Assembly (NCBI GenBank): GCA_029856365.1
Contig: JAHQWW010000055.1
Span: forward strand, 1 to 23,767
Source: Candidatus Hodarchaeota archaeon
Lineage (GTDB): Archaea; Asgardarchaeota; Heimdallarchaeia; Hodarchaeales; Hodarchaeaceae
Direction of reading: 5' to 3'
Length of the DNA stretch: 23,767 bases
Part shown: positions 1 through 8,519 of the stretch, piece by piece
How positions within the stretch are numbered: the stretch's first letter is position 1
How the letters are laid out: each line of letters begins with the position of its first letter
Translations under genes and position numbers: made by a program
Notes under the pieces: model-generated
The model's input: the letters and a program-made list of their open reading frames with translations, nothing else
What the model was told of the DNA's origin: nothing
Databases searched by the model: none

Positions 1-276
1 ATGTATAAGAAAGGAGAGAAAATAAAAAATGATTTAGCTGGAATAATGGCATCTTGTACGGCAGGAATCATACGAACGTTTAATACGGGCGAGTGTCAGG
101 TAGTTATTCCTGGAAATGGGGATCGTGCATTTGCTGCTACTAACGATGACGAAATGTTGTTTACAATCCCTGCAGCAGAAGCTGATGACATTATTGAAGG
201 TATGAGAGCACAACGATTCGCAAAATATCCTATTCCTGTCAGTCTACAGTTACCACCCCCATTCCCTGGAATGTAA
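1..276 (+). CDS. DUF169 family protein, C-terminal part (5' end probably outside the window)
   Basis: Pattern SC...(V/I)PGNGDRAFAATNDDEMLFTIP matches the C-terminal motif of DUF169/UPF0180-like archaeal proteins. The ORF begins at base 1 and is too short for a complete member. Confidence 0.75.
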   Translation: MYKKGEKIKNDLAGIMASCTAGIIRTFNTGECQVVIPGNGDRAFAATNDDEMLFTIPAAEADDIIEGMRAQRFAKYPIPVSLQLPPPFPGM

Positions 277-316
277 ATCAACTATAAGAATTATCAAATT
301 TAGGAGAATAAAAGCT

Positions 317-586
317 TTGTCTGAAGAAATAGATCCCTCTATAAAAGCGAAATTTGAAGAAGTAGTTCAACGTGCCAAAAAGTTACCAAATCAACCGCCA
401 GAAGTCTTACTTGAAATGTATGGATTATATAAGCAAGCACTCAAAGGAGATGTAACAGGAAAACGTCCAGGACGAATAAAAATTCGAGAACGATACAAAT
501 ATGAAGCTTGGACATCCAGAAAGGGAATGTCACAGGAAGAGGCTATGAAGGTTTACATTGAATTAATTGAAAAACTTGAGAAATAG
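317..586 (+). CDS. Acyl-CoA-binding protein (ACBP)
   Basis: 89 aa with LEMYGLYKQALKGD...RPG...RYKYEAW...KGMSQEEAMKVYI, the ACBP signature. TTG start with GGAG at 303-306. Confidence 0.95.
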   Translation: MSEEIDPSIKAKFEEVVQRAKKLPNQPPEVLLEMYGLYKQALKGDVTGKRPGRIKIRERYKYEAWTSRKGMSQEEAMKVYIELIEKLEK

Positions 587-624
587 AATTTTAGAAAAAC
601 GAAATATCTTCTATAATTGAATTA

Positions 625-682
625 GATAAAAAAAGAAAAATCAAAAATAAGGAAGAACTAAAAAAAGTGGGGGGAGAAAAAA
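625..682 (-). terminator. T-rich tract downstream of the ABC permease, putative archaeal oligo-T terminator
   Basis: Several A5-A7 runs on the + strand (T runs on the - strand) in the convergent gap between ACBP and the permease. Confidence 0.35.
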
Positions 683-705
683 TGTATTGTTGTGATTTCA
701 AGGAT

Positions 706-1563
706 TTAAATCGCAAATTCTCTTTTATGGAAAATAATAAGTGCTCCGATGAGAGCTACTAGCCCAACTCCAACAACAATGACGACATCGAAGAGTGGAA
801 GCATTCCGCCATCAAGGATAGTATCAATTTTGAAGTAGTGAAAAAGGGAAAAAGCTTGAATCTCAATAAATCCTTCAAGAAATCCACCTAACAATGCACC
901 TAGACTTTCCAAAAAATATTGTCCTAAGATTATTACACCGGCAGCAGATAAAGATTTGTTAGATTCCAAAAATATGGATGCACAAAGGATGGATAGAGCA
1001 CCTAAGGCAAATAATAACAAAAAGATCCCTAAGGCGTAATTGAGGACAAGATTGATATCAATCTCATAATAATATATAACATCATTATACACATAACCAT
1101 CTGCATAGATTGCATTCATAACTGCTGTTGATCCGATTAAAATAGATACAATAGAAATCGGAAAGATGAGGCCATAAGTGAGATAGACACCAAACTTTTC
1201 CAGTAAATAACGCCATCGAGGGATTGGATAGCTTAACATAACATCCAAGGTGTTTTTATCGATCTCAGTGGATAACAATCGAACTGGAATAAAAAGAGCC
1301 ACAAAGAGGAGAATAATATTCATTGTACCTCCAGCATACATGAACAGGGCACCTTGCCAAGTCAATCCAAGACCTTCAAGACCCAAATCGCCTAAAATTG
1401 CCTGATATATGGGATTATTCATTTGTGATAACCTATCAAGTATTGTTTTTCGTAAAGATGGAAAACCAATAGCAATAGTCGCAACAAATCCTGCAACAAA
1501 TAAAGGAGGTACGATACCTGTCAGCCAGGACTTACGTAAATTCTTCAAATAAACATGTACCAT
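706..1563 (-). CDS. ABC-2 type transporter permease
   Basis: About 6 TM segments and the motif EIDKNTLDVMLSYPIPRWRYLLEKF typical of ABC-2 permeases. GGTGA overlapping the upstream TAG favours ATG at 1563 over GTG at 1569. Confidence 0.9.
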   Translation of the reverse strand: MVHVYLKNLRKSWLTGIVPPLFVAGFVATIAIGFPSLRKTILDRLSQMNNPIYQAILGDLGLEGLGLTWQGALFMYAGGTMNIILLFVALFIPVRLLSTEIDKNTLDVMLSYPIPRWRYLLEKFGVYLTYGLIFPISIVSILIGSTAVMNAIYADGYVYNDVIYYYEIDINLVLNYALGIFLLLFALGALSILCASIFLESNKSLSAAGVIILGQYFLESLGALLGGFLEGFIEIQAFSLFHYFKIDTILDGGMLPLFDVVIVVGVGLVALIGALIIFHKREFAI

Positions 1564-1574
1564 TTTCACATCAC

Positions 1575-2507
1575 CTATTCGTAATATTGGAGGAAGATTT
1601 CTTCAAGACTTGCATCCTCACAAGTAAAGCGTTTAATATCATAACTAGAGAGCCATCTCAACAATTCATTCACATCTTCTTTGATCTTTAAGATAAAGGT
1701 ATCTTTTTTCGTCCGTTCAACAGAAATAACGGTATTTAATTGTTTGATGTCGTTTTCCTTTGGAACAGATGTCCCATTAAATTTTACGGTCACTTTTTGC
1801 ATAAATTTAACTTTAAGGTCTTCAACAGCTTCCACCAGAATCATTTTTCCTTCTTTGATAATCCCAACACGATCACATACCGCCTGAACTTCAGCGAGAT
1901 CATGTGAACTTAAAAAAATTGTGTACCCTTCATTCCTAAGTTCTCTGAGGATTCGGTGAAAATTTGCTGCCATGAGGGGATCGAGTCCGCTAGTAGGTTC
2001 ATCAAGAATCAGAAGATCAGGTTTTGAGGCTAGAGCAGCAATAAGTCCTACTTGTTGACGATTGCCTGTAGACAATGCCTTGATTTTCTTTTCAAGCTTA
2101 ACTCGGAAATTATCACGAAGTTCTCTAAGGAAGGTCTCATTAATCGGTCGAAATTTACCAAAATACTGCAGAAGTTCTTTACCCGTAAAGTTTTCAAATA
2201 ACGCCATGTCACCAGGGACATAACCAATTCGTTTTCGGATTTCAAAACGATCACGGTGATGGTCTAACGACCCAAAAATTGTAACTTTACCAGATTGAAT
2301 CTTCAAATAATCTAAGATAGCACGCATTGTCGTGGTTTTACCTGCACCATTTGGGCCTAAGAATCCAAAAATTTCTCCTTTTTTAACGTCAAAACTAACC
2401 TCTTGAGCCCCAACAACACGTTGTCCAATTTTTTTACCTCCGAGATTAAATTCTCGCCCGTAAATTTTTGTCAAGTTTGATACTTGAAGGATTATTTCAG
2501 TACTCAA
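1575..2507 (-). CDS. ABC transporter ATP-binding protein (ABC-2/DrrA-like)
   Basis: Walker A GPNGAGKTT, signature-like LSTGNRQ, Walker B LLILDEPTSGLD, H-loop SSHDL, C-terminal SLEEIFL. TTG start with GGAG at 2517-2520. Confidence 0.95.
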   Translation of the reverse strand: MSTEIILQVSNLTKIYGREFNLGGKKIGQRVVGAQEVSFDVKKGEIFGFLGPNGAGKTTTMRAILDYLKIQSGKVTIFGSLDHHRDRFEIRKRIGYVPGDMALFENFTGKELLQYFGKFRPINETFLRELRDNFRVKLEKKIKALSTGNRQQVGLIAALASKPDLLILDEPTSGLDPLMAANFHRILRELRNEGYTIFLSSHDLAEVQAVCDRVGIIKEGKMILVEAVEDLKVKFMQKVTVKFNGTSVPKENDIKQLNTVISVERTKKDTFILKIKEDVNELLRWLSSYDIKRFTCEDASLEEIFLQYYE

Positions 2508-2623
2508 TTTTAGTTACTCCATTTTGTGTTTCGTACATCTTCAAGGTGTTTGCTTTGTTTTTCATATTTGCGAACATCACGCAATTATCGACTTTATTTG
2601 TTTAATAGATAAAAACTCTCTCC

Positions 2624-2658
2624 TTTTATAGTTTTCGAAAGCATGCAAAATTCGAAAA
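2624..2658 (-). promoter_or_regulatory. BRE/TATA promoter of the ABC operon overlapped by an inverted repeat (operator candidate)
   Basis: The minus strand reads TTTCGAAAAC-TATAAAA. Inverted repeat TTTTCGAA (2632-2639), 11 bp spacer, TTCGAAAA (2651-2658). Confidence 0.5.
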
Positions 2659-2749
2659 ACTGAGAAAAATGAAAAAAATTTAAAAATAAGTAAATTTTTC
2701 CTTTATTTAAGTAGATTCTATTAAGCAACTCTATTATCAGGAGTTTTAA

Positions 2750-3877
2750 ATGACTTTTAATGTAGATAATTCAGCCTTAATGCAAGTTAAAATAGATTAC
2801 GTTAGCTATATGACACAAATTTTTAAAGTAATGGCGTATGATGAAATTATTACGAGTATTCTGTACGCCTTAATGGTTGAAGGAGGGAAATACTTAACTC
2901 AAGAAGATCTAGAGTTTCTAACTGGGTTTAGTAGAAGTAGTATCTCGGAAGCGTTGTCTAAAGTTACACTAATCACCCAAGATTTTCCTATTATTCATAC
3001 AAGAAAACCAGGAGATAAGAAAAAATATTATTATTGTCCAATTTCATTTGAAGAATATGTCAAAAGATCTTTTCTCGTTACAGCAGATGTTTCCAAACAG
3101 AGTATAGAATTTCTCCCTAAACTCATAACTCGTTTAGACACAATCTCCCCTCAAACCCCTTCAATTTTCAACGTTAAACGGATTTTTATGTATCTTTATG
3201 CTGCAATTTCTTATTATGAACTTATCATGAAGAAATCTAACGAGTTTTTGGGTGAAATGTTCGATGATCCTGATTATGAACCCAATTTTTCAACTTTGAT
3301 TGATAACACTCAAATTTATCTTCCAAAAAGAGGAACCATCCCCTCTAATGATACTTTAGTACAAATTAAGCGAGAATTCATTACCCGAATGATAAGTATG
3401 AGTACAGAATTACTTGGAGGAAATGAAGAATTAATAGCCGTATTTTTAGCCTTAATGCTTGAGAATGATCCTGTAACACAGGATGAATTAATTAAACTAA
3501 CAGGATCTAGCCGCTCAAATGTATCCAGAGCTTTATCCATGATGGTTGATTTAAAGATTCTAGACACCATTAAAAAACCCCAGGACAGAAAAAAGTATTA
3601 CAAATCAAAAACAAGCTTCGAAGATTATGGATTAGGCAAACTTAAGCGAGTGCAGGGTTATTATGCTCAAATCCAGATGATAATGCAAAAGAAATTCCTT
3701 CCAGACTTAGAAAAAATCAACCCTTTATCAGAAGCAGATAAAGAGGAGAAAAAGCGGTTGATCGATTTCTTCCAGGACAACATTAGATTTTTCAACATTT
3801 TTATTAATTTCTCTAATGCCATGCACTCCACAGTTCAGAAAGAATTATTGATATTCGTAGATAAAAATCTAAGTTGA
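2750..3877 (+). CDS. Transcriptional regulator with two tandem GbsR/MarR-like winged-helix domains
   Basis: Repeat 1: ALMVEGGKYLTQEDLEFLTGFSRSSISEAL...KPGDKKKYY. Repeat 2: ALMLENDPVTQDELIKLTGSSRSNVSRAL...KPQDRKKYY. GGAG RBS upstream of the ATG. Confidence 0.8.
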   Translation: MTFNVDNSALMQVKIDYVSYMTQIFKVMAYDEIITSILYALMVEGGKYLTQEDLEFLTGFSRSSISEALSKVTLITQDFPIIHTRKPGDKKKYYYCPISFEEYVKRSFLVTADVSKQSIEFLPKLITRLDTISPQTPSIFNVKRIFMYLYAAISYYELIMKKSNEFLGEMFDDPDYEPNFSTLIDNTQIYLPKRGTIPSNDTLVQIKREFITRMISMSTELLGGNEELIAVFLALMLENDPVTQDELIKLTGSSRSNVSRALSMMVDLKILDTIKKPQDRKKYYKSKTSFEDYGLGKLKRVQGYYAQIQMIMQKKFLPDLEKINPLSEADKEEKKRLIDFFQDNIRFFNIFINFSNAMHSTVQKELLIFVDKNLS

Positions 3878-3963
3878 GAAATTATCTTATAGAATCAGTT
3901 TACCAATTGAACAAAATCAAGAAAGCTGTGGCCTCGTTAGTTTTTAAGTAGGAATGAAGGGTT

Positions 3964-4287
3964 TCATAAATTAGCTTGATCTGGATAATTGCATTGCCAA
4001 CAACGTGGTTCTCGCATCAGATGAAGCTTACAATAGGCTGTTATTTTCCCCGTGGTGGTTAATTTACGACTAAATTTCTTACAATCAATGAAATATTGCT
4101 GCGCTTCAAGTTCTTCCAGACAACCAGGAGTCCCTGCTTTATAATAGGGGCAGCGAGGTGGACATGGTTCATTCCAAAGTTTCAAGATGAGACATTTCGC
4201 TAATGTGTCATCATGGGATTTTATCAGAAATAGACATTCATGATAGGTTGATTTCAACATTTTGGCTGATATCAGGTTCTCTACCAT
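3964..4287 (-). CDS. Small Cys-rich hypothetical protein with two putative Cys4 metal-binding modules
   Basis: 9 Cys, with C-x13-C-x9-C-x3-C and C-x16-C-x9-C-x2-C. The start could be the second Met (MLKSTY). Confidence 0.6.
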   Translation of the reverse strand: MVENLISAKMLKSTYHECLFLIKSHDDTLAKCLILKLWNEPCPPRCPYYKAGTPGCLEELEAQQYFIDCKKFSRKLTTTGKITAYCKLHLMREPRCWQCNYPDQANL

Positions 4288-4542
4288 CTATTATTTCATC
4301 CATCACCAAGGTCAATATCAGAATCTCAAACTCCCATTTAATCACCCAATTATGTGATTCATAGTACACACTACAAAAGGATTGAACTTTTTTGGGGAAT
4401 GTAAAATATAATCAATCTTTTTTATTAGAATAATAGTGAAGAATATGAAAACTTACCAAGAAATTTTAATAACCGGATAGGGATTCTTTTATATGTCCAT
4501 ACCTTTATAGTATCATTTTTTTACAACTATAATGTATAAAAA

Positions 4543-5049
4543 ATGATTAGTCAAACCAAAGCAGTTAATGTTTTACCCTCAAAACTGAAAGTTATAACTA
4601 TTGGAACCCTTTCTTTGGCAATTTTAGGGCTTTCTATGGGCTTACCTTTATTAATATTCAATTTAGATTTACCCTCAATGGAAGGGGTGGAACATGATAC
4701 AAGGGAATACTATGAACTTAGTATAAGATATACTATGCGTTTTTTTGGGGTAATATTTACATTTTTTGGATCAACAGGATTAATTGGGGGGTTTTTAACC
4801 TTGAAAAGAAGCCGCTTTGGTTGGTTAATGCTCGTAGGATTGTATTCTAGTGGTGTGATAGGCTGTTTATACATATTTTTTCGACTTATTATTCTAATAA
4901 TTGATTCTAGCCTTAACTCTTGGCTTCTTATCGCAGCTATTCCCTCTCCTATTACAGTTGTTATGATTTGGGGAGTATTAGCACTGTTTATTCTATTCCA
5001 CAAACAAACAATTGATTTTGTCTTCAGGCAGCACCTAAAATCTGATTAG
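4543..5049 (+). CDS. Hypothetical membrane protein (about 4 TM)
   Basis: 168 aa ORF with four hydrophobic segments. No family recognised. Confidence 0.7.
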   Translation: MISQTKAVNVLPSKLKVITIGTLSLAILGLSMGLPLLIFNLDLPSMEGVEHDTREYYELSIRYTMRFFGVIFTFFGSTGLIGGFLTLKRSRFGWLMLVGLYSSGVIGCLYIFFRLIILIIDSSLNSWLLIAAIPSPITVVMIWGVLALFILFHKQTIDFVFRQHLKSD

Positions 5050-5090
5050 GCTTGCAAAGGTAAGAATATAAGGCTATGAGTTCGCAGAAA

Positions 5091-6131
5091 TCAATTTTTG
5101 TACTTTTTAAAGATTAGTATTCCAATAGAAAAAATAATCACAATTAGTGTCCACCCTGGCGTTTTGTTGGATGTTTTACTAGAAATAGAAGAAGTAGAAT
5201 TATCAGAGAGAGAAGTAGAGTCATGTGATTCCTCAGTTTCATAGTTTATTAGCCATTTCATTGCCTCCAACAATAAAGGCCAGTCTGATCCTTCATCAGA
5301 TAACTCTAGTATCGGTTCTTGGCCGTCTCTGTCGCTATCTTCTTCAACTTCCGCATGAGGTCCTATCAGAAATACCCTTCCTTCCCCATAATTGTATACA
5401 GTAATTGCAGGTGTTCCTGTTATATTATATGTACCCAATATCGTAGCATTTGCGTTTTCATATAGTTCGAAATATGGCCCCCCAGCATACAGTATTTGCA
5501 TATAATCTGGTAATGAGTCAGTAATAGGGTGAGTATGGTCGATTATATTAATTCTAGTCATAGCATATCCTGGATCAGGCCGTTCTACTATCTCAAATAT
5601 CGGGCCATATGCCACTCCAGGAAATAAGTCTAAGTTCAACTCGTCTCCTTCCACTTTGTATTCAGGAGCAGGGTAATCCTCATCATCCATCCAAACCATA
5701 TAGTCACAGGCATAATATGCACCAGCACATACCCCCAAATATCCACCTCCATCGTTTATGAATTCCTGAACTTTTGATTTTCCTTCTAAACCCATTTCAT
5801 CCCAGTATGCTGGATAATGGCCTCCTGGCCAATACAGAACGTCAAACTTGTCCAAGCATCCGTTTTTAATATCATCCCCACAAATTTTTGTGATATTACA
5901 CCCCATCCATTCAAAAAAGCTTGTCATAACAACTTTACCATACTCCCAAGCTCCATCGCCATCATAGAAAGCCACACAAATATCACTGAGATGCTGATTT
6001 TCTTCATTAGGGAAAACATGTCCCATAAAAGATAGAGAGGTCGTGAGTGGATTACTCACTAGTATTACAGAAAGTAAAATTATTAGTAAAGATGGTAGAA
6101 AAGCATGAATCTTTCTATTTATCAAAACCAC
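5091..6131 (-). CDS. Secreted, C-terminally anchored BPL-N / class I glutamine amidotransferase-like protein
   Basis: N-terminal signal peptide, DVLYWPGG, GGGYLGVCAGAYYA nucleophile elbow, GPHAE, Ser/Thr linker, then TPGW, a TM helix and KKYKN (PGF-CTERM-like). Confidence 0.8.
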   Translation of the reverse strand: MVLINRKIHAFLPSLLIILLSVILVSNPLTTSLSFMGHVFPNEENQHLSDICVAFYDGDGAWEYGKVVMTSFFEWMGCNITKICGDDIKNGCLDKFDVLYWPGGHYPAYWDEMGLEGKSKVQEFINDGGGYLGVCAGAYYACDYMVWMDDEDYPAPEYKVEGDELNLDLFPGVAYGPIFEIVERPDPGYAMTRINIIDHTHPITDSLPDYMQILYAGGPYFELYENANATILGTYNITGTPAITVYNYGEGRVFLIGPHAEVEEDSDRDGQEPILELSDEGSDWPLLLEAMKWLINYETEESHDSTSLSDNSTSSISSKTSNKTPGWTLIVIIFSIGILIFKKYKN

Positions 6132-6186
6132 TCACATCTATTAGTAGAACTTTCTGAGATTTGATCCTTCTCAATCTTTCCTCTCA

Positions 6187-6987
6187 TCATTTATTAGGAT
6201 TCCAAAGTTTTTTTATAAAGTCCTCAAATTTATCTAGATCACCATTCATTGCCAATTCAAGAGCTTTGTTTTCTACTTTAAAATAAAACTCTAAATCCTT
6301 CATTAGGAAGTTATTTAGCAATATCTTTATTGGAATGAGGATGCTTTGAGGTTTATTTGACAAATTTTGACAAAATTCGATTGTGGTCTGTTCTAGCGTC
6401 TCTAGTGGACAAACAATAGTAACCAGCCCCACTTCTTTAGCTTGATTTAAAGACAGTTTTTCGGGAATCATCAGAATTTTTTTGGCATGTTTATAACCAA
6501 TCTTAAACAATGCCATCGTTAAAGCCCCTGTTGCTGGGAAAAGGCTGATATCAATTTCAGGTAATGAAAAGAAAGTCCTGGGATTTTCTCCTGCAATAAC
6601 AAAATCAGCTGCCAGACATAAGATCGTACCCCATGCGACAGCGGGTCCTTGAACTTGATTAATAACAGGTTTTTTTGCTTTCAATATAGTTCTCGTTAGA
6701 TCATTACCACATTGGACAAGTTTGGGAACCTCTTCCGGAGTCAATTGCTGTAACATATTCAAATCTAATCCTGCAGAGAAAGCTTTATTTCCTGAAGAAC
6801 GTATACGGATCACATGGACATTGGAATCGTTATCTGCCTTTTTAATGCCCTTGATTAAGGCTTCAAATTCTTCCATACGTAAGGCATTCCTCTTCTCTGG
6901 CCGATTGATTGTTATTGTACCAATTTGATTTTCAATCTTAACTGATATAGTAGAATTAAACTTAGACGATATTTTTGAATCATTCAA
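6187..6987 (-). CDS. Enoyl-CoA hydratase/isomerase (crotonase) family protein
   Basis: ITINRPEKRNAL, FSAGLDL, KPVINQVQGPAVAWG, FSLPE. Start moved to TTG at 6987 (GGTG RBS 7 nt upstream), which removes the overlap with the upstream gene. Confidence 0.9.
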   Translation of the reverse strand: MNDSKISSKFNSTISVKIENQIGTITINRPEKRNALRMEEFEALIKGIKKADNDSNVHVIRIRSSGNKAFSAGLDLNMLQQLTPEEVPKLVQCGNDLTRTILKAKKPVINQVQGPAVAWGTILCLAADFVIAGENPRTFFSLPEIDISLFPATGALTMALFKIGYKHAKKILMIPEKLSLNQAKEVGLVTIVCPLETLEQTTIEFCQNLSNKPQSILIPIKILLNNFLMKDLEFYFKVENKALELAMNGDLDKFEDFIKKLWNPNK

Positions 6988-7024
6988 CTTAAAACACCAT
7001 TTAATGCAATTTAAATCTGTATAT

Positions 7025-7552
7025 TCAATACTCCTTTTTGTAGCACTGATTAACAAGAGATTCTAAGATCCTTTGAAAAGAGTTCACATCGCTGCTCTTG
7101 ATGCTGTAATAAGCTTCATGAGGTGCATTTTCTAATACCTCTGGGTCATTAATTGAGATTTTTTGATCAAAATCATTGATAACTTCTATAAAAGCCACAG
7201 GATTTATTGTTCCAACTGTTTTCCGATAGATTTGGTAAAAAACTTTTGCAGCTACCTCTGAATCATGATCAGAAAATAAGATCATTGCAGCTAAAGATTT
7301 GTAAAAACGTGAATGTAATTTATTAGTGAAAAATTGACTAACTGGTTGAATTAGAATGATTTTGACGGGATTATTCAATATAAACAACTTTATAGAGGAG
7401 ACGTTCGCAGATATGACTGATATATTCTCATGTGTGGCCTGATTAGAATATTTCTCTATCAGAAGCTTAATTAATTGACTAGCATAGCCATCTGGATGGC
7501 TTAGAACTGATATTCTTGGAGAAAATTCATCTTGCAGTCCGAATTCGCTCAT
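7025..7552 (-). CDS. Degenerate Rab/Ras-like small GTPase-fold protein (pseudoGTPase candidate)
   Basis: 175 aa. The strand/helix pattern aligns by eye with a Rab G domain (RISVLS...; NNPVKIILIQPVSQFFTNKLHSRFYKSLAAMILF), but the G1, G3, G4 and G5 motifs are absent. Confidence 0.6.
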   Translation of the reverse strand: MSEFGLQDEFSPRISVLSHPDGYASQLIKLLIEKYSNQATHENISVISANVSSIKLFILNNPVKIILIQPVSQFFTNKLHSRFYKSLAAMILFSDHDSEVAAKVFYQIYRKTVGTINPVAFIEVINDFDQKISINDPEVLENAPHEAYYSIKSSDVNSFQRILESLVNQCYKKEY

Positions 7553-7788
7553 CTATATTTCTCATTTTTTGTTTTATAACCGATGAGTGCTTGTTAATCC
7601 TACAACTCAAAAACACGTTGAATGGCTAATTTGTTCAGTGAAAAATACTTTCTCTTATTTGTAGCTTTTGAAATACTAGTATCCTTTAAAATATGAGCTA
7701 CAATCATAATCCTATTCAGCGAAAATTTTCCTTACAAATAAAAATATGAAATTTTACTTCGGTTATTTATTTATTGTTAATTATGAAC

Positions 7789-8268
7789 CTACTTAACAGA
7801 ACTTTTTATAGGGAGATAGAGGTCAAAGATCATTTCATCCTCATGAACAAATGGCGTAATACATTCCTCTAACCCTGGTTCATTCTCCTCATCTAATTCA
7901 TATTTTGTTGATGATAGCCATTCATTTAGATAAAGCCAGGCTTGAAATATATTCCATACTCCTTTGGTTCTAGTAACGGCATATAAACCCCCAGGAATAT
8001 CCTTTAGTTTGATATCACCTTCAGGATTAACATTTGGTTCAACATTTATCAACAACTCATATCCATATTCTTCACCTCTAGGTGACTCAAAATTTCTAGG
8101 TGGTGGATTATTATAACCAAACGTTGTATGTTTCCCGGGATTGTCAAAAAATCCCTTAGGTTTAGCCCATGCAACTAATGCCTCCCATGCATCTGTTTCT
8201 GGTGTCTTACTGATTGCGTGTGTATAAGCAACACGCATTGCTTCAAGTTTTACAATCTTTACAATCAA
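7789..8268 (-). CDS. Stand-alone GyrI-like (AraC effector-binding) small-molecule-binding protein
   Basis: IVKLEAMRVAY, FGYNNP, YGYE, IPGGLYAV, AW..L.EW, LEE...DLYLPI are typical of GyrI-like domains. No HTH domain. Confidence 0.88.
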   Translation of the reverse strand: MIVKIVKLEAMRVAYTHAISKTPETDAWEALVAWAKPKGFFDNPGKHTTFGYNNPPPRNFESPRGEEYGYELLINVEPNVNPEGDIKLKDIPGGLYAVTRTKGVWNIFQAWLYLNEWLSSTKYELDEENEPGLEECITPFVHEDEMIFDLYLPIKSSVK

Positions 8269-8519
8269 ATTTTCTATTCTCCGATTATTACCTTTAAATA
8301 ACCCTCCATTTGAGCAATAAAACTAAAATGTTAATTTATTTGTAGGTTGACACCATTTTCATCGAATTCTTATTTCAAAACCTTTCTATCTCAAGTGTTA
8401 ATATATTAGCATTATAAGAATTAGTCTTTTATATCTAAAATAGTAATTCATACATATAAATTAATAATTCACTTGTTTCTATTTTCAATCAATGTAGTGA
8501 TAAATTACTGGTTAAGAAT

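Noticed and set aside
4240-4362. Short minus-strand ORFs upstream of and overlapping the Cys-rich gene (e.g. MDEIIDGREPDISQNVEINLS)
   Set aside because: Very short, no recognisable motif, and overlapping a better-supported ORF.
5160-5240. Low-complexity AGA/GAA-rich tract
   Set aside because: It simply encodes the Ser/Thr linker of the surface protein on the minus strand.
6988-7056. N-terminal extension of the crotonase in the ORF track
   Set aside because: It overlaps the upstream gene, and an RBS-supported TTG at 6987 is a better start.
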